Shown here: piece after piece, positions 20,119 through 28,829 of the stretch
Layout: each line of letters starts with the position of its first letter
Numbering within the stretch: the stretch's first letter is position 1
DNA from: an uncultured Bacilli bacterium
GTDB lineage: Bacteria; Bacillota_I; Bacilli_A; RF39; UBA660
Direction: 5' to 3'
Assembly: GCA_934086815.1 (NCBI GenBank)
Contig: CAKOIM010000003.1
Coordinates: 6,805-70,804 of the forward strand
Length of the DNA stretch: 64,000 nt
The notes under the pieces: model-generated
Database searches by the model: none
What the model saw: only the letters and a program-made list of their open reading frames with translations
Told to the model about the DNA's origin: nothing
Program-made: the position numbers and the translations under genes

Positions 20119-20754
20119 TTATTCTTCCTCCAATACTTTATTTATTATTTTTCTTATTTCGAATATTCTTTTTTCCATAAATTCCGGATGATTTTTAAAC
20201 CATTTTATATTAAGTGGTGATGGATGTGGCAATACAATTGCTAATTTTCCATTAATATAAATCAAATTATTTTCATCAAGAATAGATAAATATGCATTTC
20301 TAACTTTTCCTAAACATTCAGGTGCCATCTTTATATTAAATTTTGTATTGGTATTTCTGTTAACAGATTCGTTTGATGTTATATCAATAAAAAATCCTAT
20401 ATCAGCTTTCGGGAAAACTGAATTAATATTAGTTACCCAATTTTTATCAACACCTTCCGCCATACGATAAGCAAGAGCGAATGGAACATATCTATCAAAC
20501 AACATTATTTTATTTTTTAAGTCTTTTTGAGTTATATTTTTCATTCTTATATATCTATCAGTTGCAAATAAATACGCTTTTAAAATTGAATCTAAAGTTC
20601 CTTCTTTCGCCATGTACTTTAGTTCTCAACCAATATTTGTTTCAAATTCTTTCGAGATTTCAAAATCTACATCTAATTCTAAATAATAATCTTTTCTTAT
20701 TTGCACCAATGCAGTTTTTCCACAATTATCTAATCCTTCAAAAATTACTAACAC
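20119..20754 (-). pseudogene. dNMP (thymidylate)-kinase-like gene interrupted by an in-frame TGA at 20626-20628 (codon 43). It is either a nonsense pseudogene or a recoded/readthrough gene.
   Basis: GTG start at 20752-20754 with GAGGTG RBS. N-terminal P-loop MLVIFEGLDNCGKTALV; then ...ETNIG-TGA-ELKYMAKEG...LFATDRY...DRYVPFALAYRMAEG (tmk DRY/lid regions) in the same frame, 211 codons in total. Confidence 0.6.
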
Positions 20755-20885
20755 ACTAATCACCTCATCTATGTTTATATTATAACATTGAACAAAAGAT
20801 TTTACAAAAAAGATACTTTCTTTAACAAAGTACCTTTATTACTTGTATTTACTTATCCTTATAACTATTCTTTTCATTTTTGGAT

Positions 20886-21023
20886 TTATCCTATTCCTCC
20901 ATGTCCAGCATCAACAATTATAATTTTTCCTTGCAAAGGTAAACTTGCCTTAACAGGAAAAATACTAAAAAGGCTAATAAGAACGCAAAAAGACAAAACC
21001 ATATTAATGTAATAATTTTTCAT
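20886..21023 (-). pseudogene. cwlD: N-acetylmuramoyl-L-alanine amidase (CwlD-like) 5' fragment: signal peptide + GKIIIVDAGHGG, running into element sequence (..IG*)
   Basis: Minus-strand ATG at 21021-21023: MKNYYINMVLSFCVLISLFSIFPVKASLPLQGKIIIVDAGHGG|IG*. The core repeat is at 20895-20903. Confidence 0.8.
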
Positions 21024-21130
21024 ATTAAAATTTTATGTTTTTTATTACTAATTATTTACAATTCAATAAAATCAAATCGCAAAAAAATTCAAACTAGTAG
21101 ACAATACAATCAAAAATAAAAAAGAATTTA

Positions 21131-21976
21131 TCAGTCTTTATCATAGTCATCTAAAAATGATTTATAAACCCCATCTTCTTTTGTTCCTAAAACACAATTT
21201 AAATTAATATTATCTAATGATTTAAATATATTATAATCAATATCCGAATTTTCTTTTCTTAATTTTGTTATTAATTCCTTTATAACTTGTCTTTTACTAT
21301 GATTTGAATTTTCATCAACCTTTAAAGAAAACTTACATGCACAATTAATAAATGTTAAATCATTATACTTAGCCCATGAAATAATATCATTTTCTTTTAC
21401 CATATAAAGAGGTCTTATTAATTCCAAACCAACATAATTATCACTATGAAGCTTAGGCATCATTGTTTTAACTTCTGAACCATAAAACATAGATAATAAT
21501 GTAGTTTCTATAACATCATCAAAGTGATGACCTAGGGCAATTTTATTACAACCTAATTCTTCGGCTTTACTATATAAAAAACCTCTCCGCATCCTAGCAC
21601 ATAAATAACATGGGCTTTTACCACCAGCTAAATCTACCACATTAAAAATATCACTTGAAAATATTTCTAAATCAACATTTAATGTTTTAGCATTTTCCTT
21701 TATCATATTCAAATTTTTTTCATTATATCCTGGATTCATACATACATATTTTGCTTCAAATTTAAATTTACCGTGTTTTATTAATTCTTCAATACATTTA
21801 GCAAGTAAAAATGAATCCTTACCCCCAGAAATACAAACCATAATTTTATCATTTTCTTGAATTAAATTATATTCCATTACAGCTTTTACAAATTTAGACC
21901 ATATTTCTTTTCTAAATCTTTTTATTATGCTTCTTTCAATTTCTTTATATCTATTCATTACTTTGCCATCTCCCAT
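21131..21976 (-). CDS. ttcA: tRNA 2-thiocytidine biosynthesis protein TtcA-like PP-loop ATPase
   Basis: PP-loop CISGGKDS; CxxC pairs CYLCARMRRG and CACKFS. Confidence 0.65.
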   Translation of the reverse strand: MGDGKVMNRYKEIERSIIKRFRKEIWSKFVKAVMEYNLIQENDKIMVCISGGKDSFLLAKCIEELIKHGKFKFEAKYVCMNPGYNEKNLNMIKENAKTLNVDLEIFSSDIFNVVDLAGGKSPCYLCARMRRGFLYSKAEELGCNKIALGHHFDDVIETTLLSMFYGSEVKTMMPKLHSDNYVGLELIRPLYMVKENDIISWAKYNDLTFINCACKFSLKVDENSNHSKRQVIKELITKLRKENSDIDYNIFKSLDNINLNCVLGTKEDGVYKSFLDDYDKD

Positions 21977-22820
21977 AAATACCGCAAGGTAAGATAAGAT
22001 TATTATTAGTAATTGGTAACCCTACTTCACCAGAATCTACCATTCCACCATATTTCTTTTCCATTTTTAATTTTAATATATTATATAAAACTTGACTAGA
22101 TAAACCTGTTGTATAAGCATTAATTAAAAAGAATAAAGGCTTATCACTTAATATTAACATACATCTTTCAATTAATTGATCTAAATTTTTTTCTAACTTC
22201 CAAACTTCACCGCTCGGACCTCTTCCATAACTTGGCGGATCCATTACTATCGCATCATATTTATTACCCCTTCTAATTTCCCTCTCAACAAATTTTAAAC
22301 AATCATCAACTAAAAATTTAATATAATTATTTTCTATGCCACTTAATTTTGCATTTTCTTTAGCCCAATTAACCATTCCTTTAGATGAATCAACATGAAC
22401 TACTAATTCTGCGCCAGCCCTACTACAGGCAACCGTTGCTCCACCTGTGTAAGCAAATAAATTTAAAACCTTTATATTTCGTTTAGACGCTTTAATCTTG
22501 CTCATCATAAAATCCCAATTAGTAGCTTGCTCCGGAAATAAACCGGTGTGCTTAAAATTAGTCGGACTTACTTTAAAACGTAAATCTTTATATTTAACTG
22601 TCCAAAAATCTGGTAAACTTCTTTTAAAGTCCCAATGTCCTCCACCATCATTAGATCTAACATAAGATGCATTTACATTATCCCAAATTTTATTTTCTAT
22701 TCTTGGCCACATAGCTTGAGGTTCTGGTCTTCTTAAAATAATATTACCCCAACGTTCTAATTTTTCACCATTTCCAGCATCAATACATTCATAATCTTTC
22801 CATTCATTACTTAATCTCAT
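21951..22820 (-). CDS. Class I SAM-dependent RNA methyltransferase (RlmI/RlmK-like)
   Basis: Rossmann methyltransferase motifs VLNLFAYTGGATVA and VMDPPSY; 26-bp overlap with ttcA-like gene. Confidence 0.55.
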   Translation of the reverse strand: MRLSNEWKDYECIDAGNGEKLERWGNIILRRPEPQAMWPRIENKIWDNVNASYVRSNDGGGHWDFKRSLPDFWTVKYKDLRFKVSPTNFKHTGLFPEQATNWDFMMSKIKASKRNIKVLNLFAYTGGATVACSRAGAELVVHVDSSKGMVNWAKENAKLSGIENNYIKFLVDDCLKFVEREIRRGNKYDAIVMDPPSYGRGPSGEVWKLEKNLDQLIERCMLILSDKPLFFLINAYTTGLSSQVLYNILKLKMEKKYGGMVDSGEVGLPITNNNLILPCGIYGRWQSNE

Positions 22821-22871
22821 AATTTCGCCTCTTCCATATTTTACTAAAATAACTACTAATTAGCAATAAAA

Positions 22872-24239
22872 TTAATACAAAGATAATATAACTCTAAAAG
22901 TTTTATCTCCTCTTGATAAGGCATCAGTTATACCAAAGTCAAATATTCCCGAATAACTTCCACCTCTAAAAGAACCTCCTCTTTTCACCCAGGGATAAGA
23001 TACCGTTGCAAAATAAGCATTATTTCCATTCCATGTTTTATTAGCAATTTTATTTGATATAACTTCCCCCATCATATCTCCGACTTGACTTCTACTATAA
23101 TCAAATTTATCACTTGGTTTATAAAAAGTATAATATCTTTTATTTTGTGGTAAAGCTCCATAAAATCCTCCCAAATTATTATTAATTGGATAGTCACTTA
23201 CAATTCCCATTACACATTCCCAAGAACCTCCGGCTAAATCATATATTCCATAAATAGTACCAGTCGAAGAAGCACCAGTTCCGTAATATGGATAATCATA
23301 AGTATATGGGCATCTATAACTTCCTCCATTAATCGCAGTACCCGCTGAACATCCAGTTACAACTTTATCCCAATTGTCATTTCCCATTGCAGTATTTAAA
23401 AATATTAATCTCTCACTACCTGTATACTCTGAATTATTTCTTTTCCCATAATTAGAATAAGATAAAGCAGCCATTGCTCCATATTCCATATTAGTTATAA
23501 TTCTTGTTGAAACATCTAAACCATAACTATCTTTAATACTAGTCGCATACGTCCACATTTGTGCCATGTTTAAGTTAACAAGTGTTGGCTTAGTAGCTAA
23601 TATTTTAATAATACCATCTTCTAAAGTAGGTTCAAATTTAGCTATCCAAAAACCGTTTAATTCTTTTGTTTCTCCATTAACATTAACACTAAAAGCCGGA
23701 TGTGTATAAAATAGCCCATTTTTAACATCGGTTTTTTTAAGAGTTTCATTATTTACAAAATTAACTTCAAGCATTTGTTCTTCAATAGGTTTAAATTCAA
23801 CATTAAATAATTTATATTCAAATCGAGGAATCCACACAAAAAAACCTAAAACATCACTCTTATTTACTACTGTATTTGCATCACTATTTTCATAATACTC
23901 TTTTTTCTCATCTTTTACTACTACAGCATTTGCCCAATTAAATTCTTTATAAGAATACCACTTTTCATGAATATTTGCTTTTTTCCATGCTCCGCCATCA
24001 TAATAAACAGGTATTAAATTTTTATAAACTTCCGGATAAGCTCCATTTAACACATCTTCTTTATATATTGCATATTCCATTGGCTTTCCATCAAAAACTG
24101 GTTTTACTACTTCAATATCATTACTTTTATATACTATATTATTTTTTGTTTCATACTTATAATAAAAAACACCTAAAAATATGCCTAAAAAAATACTAAA
24201 ACACAATATAAAAAACTCACTTTTTCTTATTTTTACCAC
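22872..24239 (-). CDS. Formylglycine-generating-enzyme (FGE/SUMF1) domain protein with N-terminal TM anchor
   Basis: C-terminal GGSWEC...KRGGSFRGGSY resembles the FGE-sulfatase fold signature. Confidence 0.5.
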   Translation of the reverse strand: MVKIRKSEFFILCFSIFLGIFLGVFYYKYETKNNIVYKSNDIEVVKPVFDGKPMEYAIYKEDVLNGAYPEVYKNLIPVYYDGGAWKKANIHEKWYSYKEFNWANAVVVKDEKKEYYENSDANTVVNKSDVLGFFVWIPRFEYKLFNVEFKPIEEQMLEVNFVNNETLKKTDVKNGLFYTHPAFSVNVNGETKELNGFWIAKFEPTLEDGIIKILATKPTLVNLNMAQMWTYATSIKDSYGLDVSTRIITNMEYGAMAALSYSNYGKRNNSEYTGSERLIFLNTAMGNDNWDKVVTGCSAGTAINGGSYRCPYTYDYPYYGTGASSTGTIYGIYDLAGGSWECVMGIVSDYPINNNLGGFYGALPQNKRYYTFYKPSDKFDYSRSQVGDMMGEVISNKIANKTWNGNNAYFATVSYPWVKRGGSFRGGSYSGIFDFGITDALSRGDKTFRVILSLY

Positions 24240-24291
24240 GATATTTACTCCCTATACTACTATTTAAGTATAAAATAATAATTACATTATT

Positions 24292-24325
24292 GCAAACAAA
24301 AACTCCATAACTCAACGTTATGAAG
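24292..24325 (-). terminator. Rho-independent terminator after rpsI
   Basis: Minus strand: CTTCATAAC-GTTGA-GTTATGGAG followed by TTTTTGTTTG. Confidence 0.55.
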
Positions 24326-24334
24326 TTTAAAATA

Positions 24335-24754
24335 TTATCTCTTAGAGAATTGTGGAGCTCTACGAGCTTTTCTAAGACCATATTTTTTACGTTCTTTAAC
24401 TCTTGGATCTCTTGTAATAAATCCAGCATTTTTAAGAATATGTCTATAACTATCTTCTCTAGTTTGATCAGTATTAGCATCAAATTTTAATAATGCTCTA
24501 GTAATACCTAAACGTATAGCACCAGTTTGACCTGAAAAACCTCCACCGTTAACTTTAATGTCAATATCAAATCTATTTTCATTATTTGTTGCTACAAGTG
24601 GTTGTTTTAAATCCATTACTAAAGTAGCATATGGCATATATTCATTAACATCAACACCATTAACTGTAATATTACCAGTTCCACCTACTAATCTTACTTG
24701 TGCAACACTTCTTTTTCTTCTTCCAGTCGCAGTCCATTCTTGTTTCTTACTCAT
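24335..24754 (-). CDS. rpsI: 30S ribosomal protein S9
   Basis: [12 protein letters not shown]...[17 protein letters not shown]. Confidence 0.95.
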   Translation of the reverse strand: MSKKQEWTATGRRKRSVAQVRLVGGTGNITVNGVDVNEYMPYATLVMDLKQPLVATNNENRFDIDIKVNGGGFSGQTGAIRLGITRALLKFDANTDQTREDSYRHILKNAGFITRDPRVKERKKYGLRKARRAPQFSKR

Positions 24755-24762
24755 AATTCCTC

Positions 24763-25194
24763 CTATTTAATTTCCATAACCATTGGTTTTTGTGCTTCAT
24801 GTTTATGTTCAGCACCACTATAAACAAATAGTTTTTTACCCATAGCTCTTCCTAAACGATTGTGAGGAAGCATTCCTTTAACAGCTCTTTCTACCATTTC
24901 TTCTGGATATCTTTCGATCATAACTTTTGCAGTTCTTTCTCTTAATCCACCTGGATATCCACTATGATTGTAATACTTCTTATCTTCTAATTTATTACCA
25001 GTTAAAACAACTTTTGAAGCATTAACTATAATTACATAATCACCACAATCAACATGAGGAGTATAAGTAACTTTATGTTTCCCACGTAATACGTGAGCAG
25101 CTTGAGTAGCTATACGACCTAAAGTCTTTCCTTCAGCATCAATAACATACCATTTTCTTTCAATATTTTCTTTTTTTTGCATAAATGTTTTCAT
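24763..25194 (-). CDS. rplM: 50S ribosomal protein L13
   Basis: [27 protein letters not shown]... Confidence 0.95.
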   Translation of the reverse strand: MKTFMQKKENIERKWYVIDAEGKTLGRIATQAAHVLRGKHKVTYTPHVDCGDYVIIVNASKVVLTGNKLEDKKYYNHSGYPGGLRERTAKVMIERYPEEMVERAVKGMLPHNRLGRAMGKKLFVYSGAEHKHEAQKPMVMEIK

Positions 25195-25278
25195 AAATAC
25201 TATCCTTCCATTAACATATGTTCACAGTTTAATTTTCCCACGACTAAACCACTCACATAAATAAAATGTACCGATTAA

Positions 25279-25309
25279 AATTATATGAAAAAAAAAGCAA
25301 AAAGTCAAA
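25279..25309 (-). promoter_or_regulatory. Consensus sigma-A promoter for rplM-rpsI (TTGACT-17-TATAAT on the minus strand) followed by ~80-nt leader
   Basis: Minus strand: TTGACT tttt gc ttttttttt ca TATAAT. The leader may be an L13-type autoregulatory leader. Confidence 0.6.
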
Positions 25310-25349
25310 TCATTTTAGCCATTTTCTTAAAATAATGTATATTTTTTTA

Positions 25350-26006
25350 CTATTTTCTTCTTTTTAAAGAAAAATCATCTCTACATAATAATTCTTCATC
25401 ATCTATTTTACCGCTTTTGGCATAATATAAAAGATTTATTAATTCTAAGAATATTGCTTTTTTACCTGACAATGATTTATCCCAAGAATCAATATCTGTA
25501 ATTCCATCTTTTGCTCCCCAGTATTGAATTACCGAAGTATTACCTAACAATCCTAAATAGTGCATTAATAACATAGTACATCTTCTAATATGAAAATCAG
25601 ATGTTATTACTGTGAATGTTGTATTTTTAGGATTTTCCATCAGTTTTATTGTGTTTATTACATTTTCAAACGTATTTCTTGATTGATCTTCTAATACAAT
25701 GTCTTTTAATATATCCATACTAACGCCTTTACTAATAATATAATTAAACATTTTCAAAGCTTCAGTTATCGATCTATCAGTATTAAGAAACCCAACACCT
25801 CCAGATAAGACAATTTTATCAAGCAACCCCTTTTCATATAATTTTAATGCCGCATCTACTCTATTATACATAGAAATTCCGCCAAAAACTAAGCCAACAT
25901 TTCTTTGAATAATAGTTTTAGGTTCTTTTGCAAATACTATTTTTTCTTTAATATCTTTATCAAATCCGATTATTTCTAAATAACTTGTTTCAGATAATTT
26001 TTTCAT
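25350..26006 (-). CDS. DUF218/YdcF-family (ElyC/SanA-like) protein
   Basis: Rossmann-like LSGGVGF...TSDFHIRR pattern of the DUF218 family. Confidence 0.5.
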   Translation of the reverse strand: MKKLSETSYLEIIGFDKDIKEKIVFAKEPKTIIQRNVGLVFGGISMYNRVDAALKLYEKGLLDKIVLSGGVGFLNTDRSITEALKMFNYIISKGVSMDILKDIVLEDQSRNTFENVINTIKLMENPKNTTFTVITSDFHIRRCTMLLMHYLGLLGNTSVIQYWGAKDGITDIDSWDKSLSGKKAIFLELINLLYYAKSGKIDDEELLCRDDFSLKRRK

Positions 26007-26576
26007 ATTTCCCCCATTAGTTAATCATATATTATATTATTTTAGACTTTATGTCAATTTTTTTGTAACAACGAAATTGTTATAAATTACCAAAAATTAC
26101 GCAAATATTACAACTTATGTTGAACTTTGACGAGCACTTTTACTTGCTTTTTTAATTATTGAGATTTATTATATAAACTTATTAAAGGATGCTTTTATGC
26201 CTACTAATTAATCGCCAAAAATAAAACAAAAGATATCTTTTATAGATTTAATTATGATAAGATGTTTAAAGCAATATTCATAGGATTTAACGAAAATCGA
26301 ACTCATTTACTGTGTGAACTTTTAAAAAATAGATAAAATAATTAAATTTATTCCAGTTGGATTAAATGCCAGACAAAAAATAAAAGAAGCAAAAGATTAG
26401 CTCTCCTTGTTGAAGCAGAAGGAAGAAAAATAAATCTAGAACTTAATTCATCGTACAATGAAAGTACAAAAAAAAGAAATATTAATTTTTATTTTTCTTT
26501 TTGAAGTCAAAAAACACTAGTAAGTGAAGCATATGATATTGTTCCAGAGTTTATCATTAAACTATAATAGATTCAT

Positions 26577-26615
26577 TAAAAAAAATAGCAAACCTATAGT
26601 ATCTTGCTATTTTTT
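26577..26615. terminator. Bidirectional rho-independent terminator downstream of truA
   Basis: ATAGCAA-N12-TTGCTAT hairpin flanked by A8 (26577-26584) and T5 (26611-26615). Confidence 0.6.
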
Positions 26616-27333
26616 AATAAACAATTTTTTTTAAATATAAACCAGATGCCGGAACAACACTTAATTTTTTACAATTACCAGGATTTTCAAGCATTTGTAT
26701 AATTACTTCATCATTCACTTTTCCTCGCCCAACATCAATTAAAGCTCCGACTAAATGACGAACCATATACCTAAAAAATCCCACTCCCCAAAAGGTTATC
26801 TCTATAATATCGTTTCTTTTCTTTATTTTTATTTTATATATCGTTGATAAATAACTATCTCTATACCCACTAACAAAATTTTGAAAATCATGAGTTCCTA
26901 AAAATAATTTACTCACTTTTTTCATTTTTTTTATATCTAACGGATATCTTAGTTGATAATAATAACCATCATACTCCTTTTTAAATGCACCATTATTAAT
27001 TTTATAAACATAACACTTCTTTTTAACACTATGCCTAGCATGAAAATTACCATTTACTTCTTTAATACTTTTAATAATTATTTCCCCACCAAGCATTTTA
27101 TTAATTTCTAAAACTTCTTTTTTTGTAACCTTTTTTATTGCATCGAAATGGGCTGCTTGACATTTAGCATGCACTCCAGCATCAGTTCGCCCACTTCCTT
27201 TTATAAGTATTTCTTCGCCTATAACCTTACTTATATTTTTTTCTAATGTTCCTTGGACATTTTTTACATCTTTTTGTCTTTGAAATCCATGGAACTTTGT
27301 TCCATCATAACTAAACTTAATCAAATATCTCAT
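26614..27333 (-). CDS. truA: tRNA pseudouridine(38-40) synthase
   Basis: MRYLIKFSYDGTKFHGFQRQ...GSGRTDAGVHA. Confidence 0.9.
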   Translation of the reverse strand: MRYLIKFSYDGTKFHGFQRQKDVKNVQGTLEKNISKVIGEEILIKGSGRTDAGVHAKCQAAHFDAIKKVTKKEVLEINKMLGGEIIIKSIKEVNGNFHARHSVKKKCYVYKINNGAFKKEYDGYYYQLRYPLDIKKMKKVSKLFLGTHDFQNFVSGYRDSYLSTIYKIKIKKRNDIIEITFWGVGFFRYMVRHLVGALIDVGRGKVNDEVIIQMLENPGNCKKLSVVPASGLYLKKIVY

Positions 27334-27878
27334 GATTTAATCCTATAAATAGCTTTTAATAATTCATCTATTTCTTTATACTCATTTATTTTAACCCCAT
27401 TTTCTAATGTTTTTTGGGTAAACTCTACTATTTTAGGTAGCTGTATCCAATTAACTAAATCATTATCATAAAGACTTTTAAAATTCAATACTTCCTCGTT
27501 GTTGAAAACATATATGTTATCAACCAAATTTATAAATAATTCGCCATTTTTATCAATCAATATTATTTTTCGGTCATACTTTACTACTTTTTTAAACAAA
27601 CCTTTAAAAAACTCAATGTCCTTTTTAGTTAATCCCCGACTAAAGTTATTTAAAACAATAATTTTTTCTTGTAATTTACTCGCTAAGATTATTTTATTTT
27701 TATCTCTAAAACTTAAATCTTCAAAATTTTTATCTAACATTTCTTCCGTTAACCCGACCATTTTTAAAGCTTGTTCTGGCTTCTTTAAAACAATATCTTT
27801 TACTAATCCATTGTAACTTTCCTTAATATCATAGTTAATAACCCCGATTATATTTCCATTTAAACTACTTAATTCCAT
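27330..27878 (-). CDS. Hypothetical protein (182 aa), operon member
   Basis: ORF with 4-bp overlap to truA. Confidence 0.4.
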   Translation of the reverse strand: MELSSLNGNIIGVINYDIKESYNGLVKDIVLKKPEQALKMVGLTEEMLDKNFEDLSFRDKNKIILASKLQEKIIVLNNFSRGLTKKDIEFFKGLFKKVVKYDRKIILIDKNGELFINLVDNIYVFNNEEVLNFKSLYDNDLVNWIQLPKIVEFTQKTLENGVKINEYKEIDELLKAIYRIKS

Positions 27879-28342
27879 AAGATATCCACCAATTCCTTCA
27901 TATCATAATAAGTTTTATTAAGTACATCATAATAATTTAATTTTTTAGAAAGTTCAACTACAAATGGGATACCATATCCAAGTTCTTGAAGCTTTTTTTC
28001 GTTTTTTAAAACTTCATCAATAAATCCTTCCATAACTAAGTTATCATTATCATAAACATAAACATAATCTGAATACAAAACATCTTCAATATTACTTGTA
28101 ATATTTATAAATCCTATTTTTTGTAAATTTAATAAAGCAAATATTTGTTTCTTTTCTTGTTCCAGTAAATTATACCAAGCTTCATTAAAAACTACTTGTC
28201 TACTTGGAAACATCTCTAAACGTTCTTTTAATTTTTCAAATACCCCTTCATCAATAATCATATAAGTAGCAAACTTTTTTAAAAAATTTGCATCACAATT
28301 ATTAACTAATACAGTATAATTAAATTCTTGTTTAAACGTCAT
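27869..28342 (-). CDS. Hypothetical protein (157 aa), operon member
   Basis: ORF overlapping both neighbours. Confidence 0.4.
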   Translation of the reverse strand: MTFKQEFNYTVLVNNCDANFLKKFATYMIIDEGVFEKLKERLEMFPSRQVVFNEAWYNLLEQEKKQIFALLNLQKIGFINITSNIEDVLYSDYVYVYDNDNLVMEGFIDEVLKNEKKLQELGYGIPFVVELSKKLNYYDVLNKTYYDMKELVDILWN

Positions 28343-28829
28343 ATAACACCACTTTACCTTCTTTTAAACTTTTTGCAACATCAATTAATCTTTGATTTGT
28401 ACTACCTCGAAATTTACAATCTAAACTTTTGTTAGCAATTTCAAATTTACCATCTACTAAAACATCAATGTTTTCTAAAAGTTTCCTTCTTTCTTTCGTA
28501 CCACTTATTAAAGCTTCATACAAAAAACCTGTGTATGCCCATACATTTAAGCCAATACTATGTGCAAACTTAGCTATTTCTAAAGCTGCTTCTGGTTGAA
28601 AAAATGGATCCCCTCCAGATAAAGTAATACCATTTTGATATTTCAAACTAGCAATTTCTTTTATTATGTCTTCCGAAGTAGATTCATAACCACCATTTAA
28701 ATCATGAGTTTCTGGATTATGACAAAATGGACAATTATGTAAACAACCTTGAAACCATATAACTGTTCTAATTCCTGCCCCATCAACAATACTATCTGGT
28801 TGAATTTTTCCTGCTAATCTAACTTTCAC
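28332..28829 (-). CDS. nrdG: Anaerobic ribonucleoside-triphosphate reductase activating protein (radical SAM)
   Basis: DGAGIRTVIWFQGCLHNCPFCHNPETH and LSGGDP motifs. Confidence 0.8.
   Translation of the reverse strand: MKVRLAGKIQPDSIVDGAGIRTVIWFQGCLHNCPFCHNPETHDLNGGYESTSEDIIKEIASLKYQNGITLSGGDPFFQPEAALEIAKFAHSIGLNVWAYTGFLYEALISGTKERRKLLENIDVLVDGKFEIANKSLDCKFRGSTNQRLIDVAKSLKEGKVVLYDV

Larger units (their letters stand above)
11953..20894. mobile_element. ~8.9-kb integrated element inserted in the cwlD-like gene. It is bounded by 9-bp direct repeats TCCTCCATG (11944-11952 and 20895-20903) and carries a large serine recombinase.
   Basis: Joining the two flanking gene fragments at the repeat restores an intact amidase ORF (...IIIVDAGHGGLDPGAIYKD...). 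The element ends share the imperfect inverted motif TAAATCCA. The recombinase gene lies ~0.9 kb from the left end. Confidence 0.8.

Noticed and set aside
24217-24483. 88-aa minus-strand ORF overlapping the rpsI 3' end and terminator
   Set aside because: Overlaps rpsI in another frame and spans its terminator hairpin; composition is noise-like.
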